A stretch of DNA of 31,386 nucleotides from a virus (Duplodnaviria > Heunggongvirae > Uroviricota > Caudoviricetes), in the IMG/VR virus record IMGVR_UViG_2713896900_000011. One strand, given 5' to 3'. The position numbers and the translations under genes are program-made. Shown here in pieces: positions 18,343-25,608 of the stretch (position 1 is the stretch's first letter; each line of letters starts with the position of its first letter). The notes below the pieces were generated by a model. The model was not told where the DNA came from, did not search any database, and was given only the letters and a program-made list of their open reading frames with translations.

Positions 18343-19197
18343 TCAGCAGTTCGTCATCAGGGCGTCACCGCCACCGCCGGTGGCCTTGCTGCGGCGCTGC
18401 TGGGTCAGACTTTCGGTGTGGTCGAGACTGTTTTTCAGGCGGGTGAATGCCTGGCTGGTTTCATCCGCCCTGTCAGCTACATCCTGCTTAAGTGCGGAAA
18501 AGGCGGTTTCCATCTCTGCGAGGCGCTGCTCAGTGGCGCTCAGTTTTTCCTGCACATGTTCAGCAACAGCGGTCACCGCTTCATGCACATCATTCAGACG
18601 GGCGTCATCGCTGGCCTGTTTGCGGCCAAAAATGGATTTCACCTTTTCAGTCAGGGCGGTGAACACGGTTTCAGGCAGGTCTTCAAATTCCAGCTCAACA
18701 GGCGTTGCCACTGAAATCAGGTTTTCAGGGCTTAATTTGAAGCGGTTCAGAGGGTTGTGTTTTGCCGTGCGGCAGAATTCCAGGTATTCCGTGCCGAGGC
18801 TTGCCGGGTCATCGGTGACGGCCAGACCCACCAGATAACATTTGCCTGTATTGGCAAAGTTCGGCTGAATTTCCATTGAGGTATAGACCTTCTGCGCGGC
18901 CTTGTTCATTGCGATAAGGTCATCGGTCGGGGTGATTTTCGCAAACAGCGCCCATTTGCCTTTCAGCGCCGAATCATCGTCAATCTTTTCGGCCTTCAGT
19001 TCGGCCACATCGCCATAACGCTTAAAAATACCGTCAGGCAGGATGCCGCGCAGATGTTCCAGGTTAATGCGGCAACCATAGACACGCGGGTCAAAGGTTT
19101 CGGCCATTTCCTGAATATCCTGCGCACTGATGACACGCCCGTCACAGGTGTCACCCTCAACGCCGATACGAAAGAATTTTGAGACTTTTTTTGCCAT
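18343..19197 (-). CDS. O: Capsid scaffolding protein O (284 aa)
   Basis: The ATG at 19195-19197 (MAKKVSKFFRIGVEG...) gives 284 aa, equal to P2 gpO. The track's 306-aa ORF has an upstream extension. Confidence 0.88.
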   Translation of the reverse strand: MAKKVSKFFRIGVEGDTCDGRVISAQDIQEMAETFDPRVYGCRINLEHLRGILPDGIFKRYGDVAELKAEKIDDDSALKGKWALFAKITPTDDLIAMNKAAQKVYTSMEIQPNFANTGKCYLVGLAVTDDPASLGTEYLEFCRTAKHNPLNRFKLSPENLISVATPVELEFEDLPETVFTALTEKVKSIFGRKQASDDARLNDVHEAVTAVAEHVQEKLSATEQRLAEMETAFSALKQDVADRADETSQAFTRLKNSLDHTESLTQQRRSKATGGGGDALMTNC

Positions 19198-19370
19198 TGT
19201 CAGGAGTCCTGAATAGTGATTAGAGGAGTCACATGTCGGCATCAGTTTCCCGACGATGCGCATCCTCCGCCATCAGTCCCGGATGGCTTATCACTGACAC
19301 AACAGCACCTTAGCGAATCGCGTGGCGCGACTCAGTAGCCTTGCCGTGTATTCATCACGGCGAGGTATTC
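19198..19370. promoter_or_regulatory. Divergent late promoter region between O (- strand) and P (+ strand)
   Basis: A non-coding gap between divergently transcribed late operons; in P2 this holds the Ogr-dependent PO and PP promoters. I did not find a perfect TGT-N12-ACA element by eye. Confidence 0.4.
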
Positions 19371-21143
19371 ATGACCATCACCACAGACACCACTCTTTTA
19401 CACGACCCGCGTCGTCAGGCGGCGCTGCTGTACTGGCAGGGGTTTTCCGTGCCGCAGATTGCCGCCATGTTGCAGATGAAACGCCCGACGGTGCAGAGCT
19501 GGAAACAGCGCGACGGCTGGGACAGCGTTGCCCCCATCAGCCGTGTCGAAATGAGTCTGGAAGCGCGGCTGACCCAGCTCATCATCAAACCGCAGAAAAC
19601 CGGCGGTGACTTCAAGGAAATTGACCTGCTGGGACGTCAGATTGAACGACTGGCACGGGTAAACCGCTACAGTCAGACCGGCAACGAGGCAGACCTTAAT
19701 CCGAACGTCGCTAACCGCAACAAAGGCGGGCGCCGCAAACCGAAAAAGAATTTTTTCAGTGACGAGGCCATCGAAAAGCTGGAGCAGATTTTCTTTGAGC
19801 AGTCTTTCGAATATCAGTTGCACTGGTATCGCGCCGGGCTTGAGCACCGCATCCGCGATATCCTGAAATCCCGCCAGATTGGCGCGACGTTTTATTTTTC
19901 CCGCGAGGCGCTGCTGCGCGCCCTGAAAACCGGTCATAACCAGATTTTTCTGTCGGCCAGTAAAACACAGGCGTATGTGTTCCGCGAATACATCATCGCC
20001 TTTGCCCGGCTGGTTGACGTTGACCTGACCGGTGACCCGATTGTCCTGGGCAATAACGGCGCAAAACTGATTTTTCTCGGCACCAACTCCAACACCGCAC
20101 AGAGCCATAACGGCGACCTGTACGTCGATGAGATTTTCTGGATCCCGAATTTTCAGGTACTGCGTAAGGTGGCATCAGGTATGGCCTCACAGAGTCACCT
20201 GCGCTCGACCTATTTCTCCACCCCGTCCACGCTGGCGCACGACGCCTACCCGTTCTGGTCGGGTGAACTGTTCAACCGGGGACGCGCCAGCGCCGCCGAA
20301 CGCGTGGAAATCGACGTCAGTCATAACGCCCTTGCCGGAGGTCTTCTCTGTGCGGACGGCCAGTGGCGGCAGATTGTCACCATTGAGGACGCCCTGAAAG
20401 GTGGCTGCACGCTGTTCGACATTGAGCAGCTTAAACGCGAAAACAGCGCCGACGATTTTAAAAACCTGTTCATGTGTGAATTTGTTGACGACAAGGCGTC
20501 GGTGTTCCCGTTCGAGGAGCTGCAACGCTGCATGGTCGATACGCTGGAAGAATGGGAAGACTATGCACCGTTTGCCGCAAATCCGTTCGGCTCCCGCCCG
20601 GTATGGATTGGTTACGACCCGTCACACCGTGGCGACAGCGCCGGATGCGTGGTGCTGGCACCGCCGGTGGTGGCCGGTGGCAAATTCAGGATCCTTGAGC
20701 GTCACCAGTGGAAAGGCATGGACTTTGCCACCCAGGCAGAATCCATCCGCAAACTCACCGAAAAATATAACGTTGAATACATAGGGATTGATGCCACCGG
20801 CCTCGGTGTCGGTGTGTTCCAGCTCGTGCGCTCGTTCTATCCCGCCGCGCGCGATATCCGCTACACGCCGGAAATGAAAACCGCAATGGTGCTCAAGGCA
20901 AAAGACGTTATCCGCCGTGGCTGTCTGGAATATGACGTCAGCGCCACCGACATCACCAGCTCGTTTATGGCTATCCGCAAGACCATGACCAGCAGCGGAC
21001 GCAGCGCCACCTATGAGGCCAGCCGCAGCGAGGAAGCCAGCCACGCCGACCTCGCCTGGGCGACCATGCACGCCCTGTTAAATGAGCCACTCACCGCCGG
21101 TATCAGCACCCCGCTGACATCCACCATTCTGGAGTTTTACTGA
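19371..21143 (+). CDS. P: Terminase large (ATPase) subunit P (590 aa)
   Basis: The start MTITTDTTLL... gives 590 aa, equal to P2 gpP. The stop overlaps the Q start (TGATG). Confidence 0.9.
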   Translation: MTITTDTTLLHDPRRQAALLYWQGFSVPQIAAMLQMKRPTVQSWKQRDGWDSVAPISRVEMSLEARLTQLIIKPQKTGGDFKEIDLLGRQIERLARVNRYSQTGNEADLNPNVANRNKGGRRKPKKNFFSDEAIEKLEQIFFEQSFEYQLHWYRAGLEHRIRDILKSRQIGATFYFSREALLRALKTGHNQIFLSASKTQAYVFREYIIAFARLVDVDLTGDPIVLGNNGAKLIFLGTNSNTAQSHNGDLYVDEIFWIPNFQVLRKVASGMASQSHLRSTYFSTPSTLAHDAYPFWSGELFNRGRASAAERVEIDVSHNALAGGLLCADGQWRQIVTIEDALKGGCTLFDIEQLKRENSADDFKNLFMCEFVDDKASVFPFEELQRCMVDTLEEWEDYAPFAANPFGSRPVWIGYDPSHRGDSAGCVVLAPPVVAGGKFRILERHQWKGMDFATQAESIRKLTEKYNVEYIGIDATGLGVGVFQLVRSFYPAARDIRYTPEMKTAMVLKAKDVIRRGCLEYDVSATDITSSFMAIRKTMTSSGRSATYEASRSEEASHADLAWATMHALLNEPLTAGISTPLTSTILEFY

Positions 21144-22165
21144 TGAGCAAGAAAAAAGGGAAAACACCGCAACCTGCGGCAAAAAAAATGACCGCCAGCG
21201 CCCCGAAAATGGAGGCATTCACCTTTGGTGAGCCGGTGCCGGTACTCGACCGCCGTGACATTCTGGATTACGTCGAGTGCATCAGTAACGGCAGATGGTA
21301 TGAGCCACCGGTCAGCTTTACCGGTCTGGCAAAAAGCCTGCGTGCTGCCGTACATCACAGCTCCCCGATTTACGTCAAACGCAATATTCTGGCGTCGACA
21401 TTTATCCCGCATCCGTGGCTTTCCCAGCAGGATTTCAGCCGCTTTGTGCTGGATTTTCTGGTGTTCGGTAATGCGTTTCTGGAAAAGCGTTACAGCACCA
21501 CCGGTAAGGTCATCAGACTGGAAACCTCACCGGCAAAATATACCCGCCGTGGGGTGGAGGAGGATGTTTACTGGTGGGTGCCGTCCTTCAACGAGCCGAC
21601 ACCTTTCACGCCCGGCTCCGTGTTTCACCTGCTGGAGCCCGATATTAATCAGGAGCTGTACGGCCTGCCGGAATATCTCAGCGCCCTTAACTCTGCCTGG
21701 CTGAATGAATCGGCCACGCTGTTCCGCCGCAAGTATTACGAAAACGGCGCACATGCCGGATACATCATGTACGTCACCGATGCCGTGCAGGATCGCAACG
21801 ATATCGAAATGCTTCGCGAAAACATGGTGAAGTCGAAAGGCCGCAACAACTTTAAAAATCTGTTTCTCTATGCCCCGCAGGGGAAAGCCGACGGCATTAA
21901 AATTATCCCGCTCAGTGAAGTGGCAACGAAGGACGATTTTTTTAATATCAAAAAAGCCAGCGCCACTGACCTGCTGGACGCGCACCGCATCCCCTTTCAG
22001 TTGATGGGCGGCAAGCCGGAGAACGTCGGGTCGCTGGGTGATATTGAGAAAGTGGCAAAGGTCTTTGTCCGCAATGAGCTTATCCCGCTACAGGACAGGA
22101 TTCGGGAAATAAACGGCTGGCTTGACCAAGAAGTTATTAAATTCAAAAATTATAGCCTAGACTAG
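21143..22165 (+). CDS. Q: Portal (capsid) protein Q (340 aa)
   Basis: Size and synteny match P2 gpQ, co-transcribed with P. Confidence 0.9.
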   Translation: MSKKKGKTPQPAAKKMTASAPKMEAFTFGEPVPVLDRRDILDYVECISNGRWYEPPVSFTGLAKSLRAAVHHSSPIYVKRNILASTFIPHPWLSQQDFSRFVLDFLVFGNAFLEKRYSTTGKVIRLETSPAKYTRRGVEEDVYWWVPSFNEPTPFTPGSVFHLLEPDINQELYGLPEYLSALNSAWLNESATLFRRKYYENGAHAGYIMYVTDAVQDRNDIEMLRENMVKSKGRNNFKNLFLYAPQGKADGIKIIPLSEVATKDDFFNIKKASATDLLDAHRIPFQLMGGKPENVGSLGDIEKVAKVFVRNELIPLQDRIREINGWLDQEVIKFKNYSLD

Positions 22166-22182
22166 GTATTTTAGATAATAGC

Positions 22183-22200
22183 GCCGCTAGTAATAGCGGC
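22183..22200. terminator. Candidate bidirectional intrinsic terminator hairpin between convergent Q and the cargo operon
   Basis: GCCGCTA-GTAA-TAGCGGC: a 7-bp perfect stem with a 4-nt loop, flanked by T/A-rich sequence on both sides, lying between the Q stop (22165) and the last cargo stop (22220). Confidence 0.4.
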
Positions 22201-22219
22201 TTATAGTTCAGAAAAACAC

Positions 22220-22867
22220 TTATTCCTTCGGTTCATGATAGAAGTTTATGGGATAATGAATCACTTCATAATCTAAATTTGATACAGAATGTTTATGAGT
22301 ACTATAAAATACTAGTGGATTCTTATCACACTGCTGAATATTTATTTCTCTAGACGCATGAATTTTGGGCGCATTTTTAGTCAAGTAGGCAATATACTGT
22401 TGCATTACAGCAGAGCAAAGCTTATTTTTTGTATAGATAATTACACCACCCGATGCACTATCAACAGTCCCTGTACTATATCGCTCAGTAAGTTGCGAAT
22501 ATCCCTTAAAAAGGTACGAATATCCTGATGAGTGTTTCTTGGCTTCGCCATGCCATGTAAAATCTGCTAATTGAATTGTAATATCGCAATGACCGCGCTG
22601 ATTAACTTCATGATAAGCTCTTATCCCTAAGAATTCGTTATCTATTATTCCCAGAAGATGAAGTGTCAATTGGTCTTCGGTAAGTTCAAAGCCCATTTTG
22701 TTTGCATTTTGCTCAATTTTTCTTACTGCATAATCAAGTAACTCACGAACAAAAGCCTTAAAGTTATTATAAGATTCCATAGCATATGTCACCGCTGTAA
22801 GAATCTTATTAGCATTATCTATTACGTTATTTTTACGAATATCTGCCAGACTGAAACGTTGGACCAT
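22220..22867 (-). CDS. Cargo operon gene 3 (215 aa): hypothetical protein with a possible PD-(D/E)xK-like nuclease motif
   Basis: AT-rich. Its ATG lies 1 nt after the gene 2 stop and is preceded by a GGGGAG Shine-Dalgarno. The segment GHCDITIQLADFTWHGEAKK has the D-x13-E-x-K spacing of a PD-(D/E)xK core; this is an inference only. Confidence 0.6.
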   Translation of the reverse strand: MVQRFSLADIRKNNVIDNANKILTAVTYAMESYNNFKAFVRELLDYAVRKIEQNANKMGFELTEDQLTLHLLGIIDNEFLGIRAYHEVNQRGHCDITIQLADFTWHGEAKKHSSGYSYLFKGYSQLTERYSTGTVDSASGGVIIYTKNKLCSAVMQQYIAYLTKNAPKIHASREINIQQCDKNPLVFYSTHKHSVSNLDYEVIHYPINFYHEPKE

Positions 22868-22868
22868 G

Positions 22869-23288
22869 TCAACTCCCCACTTTCTTTAAAGAAAAGAAGG
22901 GGAAAATGAAATCCTCATAATCAGTTAAAATATCACCTGTTACAGGATGTTCAAATATATGATTTTTTTCCGCATCCATAACCTCACCAACGGTTACCGG
23001 ATAAAAATCGTCATTTTCATCAACAAAAAAATACTCCAATCTTAAAAGACTTACTTTAGGATTACATAAAACCTGAATGGCGATATAAATTTTATCGTTA
23101 TTTATTTCATCCGTAAAAGAAAGATTACCACCATTCTCTTTGATATACAGATTAACAAGATCTGGATAGCTCATTAAACAGTTTTTTTTACATTGCGGGG
23201 AGAGCTTCATCAATGCATTATAGAGAGCGCATGCGATTTCACCGACATTCGCATCAGTAACGCATATTTCTTTAATAATGTCTGCCAT
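22869..23288 (-). CDS. Cargo operon gene 2 (139 aa): hypothetical protein
   Basis: AT-rich. I take the start as the ATG at 23286-23288 (MADIIKEI...), preceded by a strong GGGAGG Shine-Dalgarno. The track's start 5 codons upstream overlaps that SD. Confidence 0.6.
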   Translation of the reverse strand: MADIIKEICVTDANVGEIACALYNALMKLSPQCKKNCLMSYPDLVNLYIKENGGNLSFTDEINNDKIYIAIQVLCNPKVSLLRLEYFFVDENDDFYPVTVGEVMDAEKNHIFEHPVTGDILTDYEDFIFPFFSLKKVGS

Positions 23289-23316
23289 TGATTTCCTCCC
23301 CATACCTACTACCTTC

Positions 23317-24480
23317 TTAAACGATTAAACTCATTAAACGTTCAAAATCGTCCCGTCCCAGACAATTATTAATAATAGCATAGTTTACTGACGTGGAGCT
23401 AGAACCTCCGAGGTAACGGCGAAGAGAGCCGGGAATGATCAACTCAAGATCATCATCTAGTGATAGAAGCACATTCACTCTTGAAATTTTTATACCAATC
23501 TTGTAAAGACCTATCTGCCCTACTGCTTTAATTCCTTCTTGGTTAAAGATATCATCACGCAAATCTTTTTTTGCTTCTTTTTTCTTTTCCTGATGCGTAG
23601 TTCCCTCTGGAGTATAGAAAGATAATTCAAAAACTTGATAATCGCTTGCATTAAAAGGATAGGTGTTTTGAGCAAAAATTTGTTCAATTAGAGGGAAAAA
23701 GTCTTTTTCTGTCGAAACAAAATCAGCCCCCATATAATCGTATAATTTTCTAACAATTACGGTTTTAGAAAATGTAATTGTCTCTCCAATAACATTTTTG
23801 GGAGCATCAATAAGTATATTGATAGTGTTATCTTGTATATTTAAAATACAAACATCAAAACATTGTCTTCTAACTTTCTTTTTGGCTATGATTTCATCGT
23901 AGCTTTGATATTGTGGGATTGTTTGCGGTGAGACCTTTTCTTTTATTACTTGCTCCCTGACTGATGAAAAAAGGGCTATCACTTGATTGCTGTCAGTAGA
24001 GCAAAAGATTAGTTGAGGGCTATTTTTAGGTGTGGATAATAACTGTTGCTCATTAAGAATGTAACTTGATACATTTTGTAAAATAGTAGTGTTTGCCCAT
24101 TCTGTCTGAATGGCTAAGCTTAGCCCTGTCATGGTTGGAGCATCAATTGCCAAAGAAAAAATAGCCTTATCGCCATAGAAAAACTGACTAAAAAGAAGGT
24201 CATTAATTTTCTTTAACAATGAGTCAAATTTAACTCTGTCCGTGTCTCTAATTTCAATCAACTGCTCTTTAACTTTATTAAAAGTCGCATCCTTACCGCG
24301 ACCAAGAGAAAAACCTAATGACGACAAAACAGATTTTACTATAGACCAACTTATTCTATTAAATAGACAATTCAGACTTTTTAGTTCAATGTCAGACAGT
24401 GACGATTGTACTGTATTATTTGCTGCTAATACAGCCTGAGGGACAGATGAATTTACTGTTGTAGGGACAATGCCTGTCAT
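23317..24480 (-). CDS. Cargo operon gene 1 (387 aa): hypothetical protein
   Basis: AT-rich. The track ORF begins at a TTG at 24525; the first ATG (24478-24480, MTGIVPTT...) has a GGAG Shine-Dalgarno about 6 nt upstream. I recognise no domain. Confidence 0.6.
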   Translation of the reverse strand: MTGIVPTTVNSSVPQAVLAANNTVQSSLSDIELKSLNCLFNRISWSIVKSVLSSLGFSLGRGKDATFNKVKEQLIEIRDTDRVKFDSLLKKINDLLFSQFFYGDKAIFSLAIDAPTMTGLSLAIQTEWANTTILQNVSSYILNEQQLLSTPKNSPQLIFCSTDSNQVIALFSSVREQVIKEKVSPQTIPQYQSYDEIIAKKKVRRQCFDVCILNIQDNTINILIDAPKNVIGETITFSKTVIVRKLYDYMGADFVSTEKDFFPLIEQIFAQNTYPFNASDYQVFELSFYTPEGTTHQEKKKEAKKDLRDDIFNQEGIKAVGQIGLYKIGIKISRVNVLLSLDDDLELIIPGSLRRYLGGSSSTSVNYAIINNCLGRDDFERLMSLIV

Positions 24481-24598
24481 TGCAAACTCCAGTTCCGCTA
24501 ACAAAACCTCTAAGAATATTGGCAAGCAAGTATCTTCAAATATCAGGGAAAGTCAATCCAATAGCTCTCTTTTTGCGATGGGAAACTGTTAGCGCGCA

Positions 24599-24617
24599 GT
24601 GCTTTCCCCGCCTCGCC
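24599..24617 (-). other. cos site (19-nt cohesive-end sequence)
   Basis: The minus strand reads GGCGAGGCGGGGAAAGCAC, which I recall as the P2 19-nt cohesive end. Confidence 0.75.
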
Positions 24618-24944
24618 TGCCCGCTTTATGGGGCGGTTTTAATGCAGATGCACGAACACGCCGGAGGCGCGCCAGCACCGGCGGCGCTCACACGTGACTT
24701 GGAAGGAAAACGCATGCGATTCGATGCAATAATGCATGCAGAGCTAAAAATGGCAGAACATACTGAAAAAACGCATAAAAAAACGGCATTCAGGTTGCCG
24801 GTTTGAGTCGGCTTCATTGTGGTTACTGGCCGCGCTATGCGCCAATAATACCAGGAGTCAATCTGATAACCAGCTAACGCCTCGCTACGCTCGTTGTTCA
24901 ACCCCGCCAGCCCTGAAAACAAGTTTCACGACTGGCGGCGTTCT

Positions 24945-25163
24945 CTATCGTCTGCGTGGTGGTGGCGTAACTCTTGATTGACCGATATGATTAAACCGCC
25001 CGTAATTATCCCGGACTATTTCGGCACACCCGACTAGCTCATCGGGCGTCAGATTTTCGTTGACCATAATCCGCTGTAAACGCTGAACAATAGCCATCAG
25101 CTTGATATTTTTAGTTTTATGGTGTGGTATCTCACCTGGTATTCTGTGCATTATCCAAGCCAC
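24945..25163 (-). CDS. Hypothetical small protein (72 aa)
   Basis: An ORF between the ASCH-like gene and cos, with nothing recognisable; the call rests on coding context only. Confidence 0.3.
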   Translation of the reverse strand: MAWIMHRIPGEIPHHKTKNIKLMAIVQRLQRIMVNENLTPDELVGCAEIVRDNYGRFNHIGQSRVTPPPRRR

Positions 25164-25606
25164 CCGTTTTGCTGTGCACGCTCCATCTGTTCATCTGAAT
25201 AGTTCCATGCTCCATCCGTGGCAACCATTGCCCCGCCAGACATCCCCGTCTCTGGTTCATACATAACAGCAAGGCCGAGCTGATGCATAATTTCATGATT
25301 AATTCTGAATACCAGGCCACGCTCACTAAGTTCTTTCCAGTTCACAATCTTATATGCGCCCGTATTAAGCAGCTCAATACTTAGCAAGACATAATCTTCC
25401 AGCCAGTCTGACAGGTCAGTAACATCTGTTATCCGGGCTTCAACCTTTCGCCCCGTAAACACACCCTGCACCCATTCATGCAAAATCAACGTGTCCCCGC
25501 ACTCATAATTACGGTCATTTTTCCGAAACTCTGCGCGTTTCTTTCCTTCCAGCACAAGGTCAAAATATTTTGCGTGCAGCTTTACCTCGTGAATTTTGGC
25601 CATCAT
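25151..25606 (-). CDS. Hypothetical protein (151 aa) with an ASCH/PUA-like N-terminal region and an HExxH motif
   Basis: The ATG at 25604-25606 lies 2 nt after the A stop, with a GGAG Shine-Dalgarno. The N-terminal half (KIHEVKLHAKYFDLVLEGKKRAEFRKNDRNYECGDTLILHEW) looks ASCH-like to me; the C-terminal half contains INHEIMHQLG (HExxH). Confidence 0.5.
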   Translation of the reverse strand: MMAKIHEVKLHAKYFDLVLEGKKRAEFRKNDRNYECGDTLILHEWVQGVFTGRKVEARITDVTDLSDWLEDYVLLSIELLNTGAYKIVNWKELSERGLVFRINHEIMHQLGLAVMYEPETGMSGGAMVATDGAWNYSDEQMERAQQNGWLG

Positions 25607-25608
25607 TT

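Noticed and set aside
19198-19370. A search for the Ogr-dependent late promoter dyad (TGT-N12-ACA) in the O/P intergenic region and upstream of FI.
   Set aside because: By eye there are only imperfect matches (for example GTGA-N9-TCAC near 19216-19233); I could not place the elements and so report the regions only as putative promoter-containing.
24480-24806. A 108-aa plus-strand ORF spanning the cos site.
   Set aside because: It runs antisense to the start of cargo gene 1 and straight through the cohesive-end sequence and packaging region; the Pro/Ala-rich translation looks like a GC-driven artefact.
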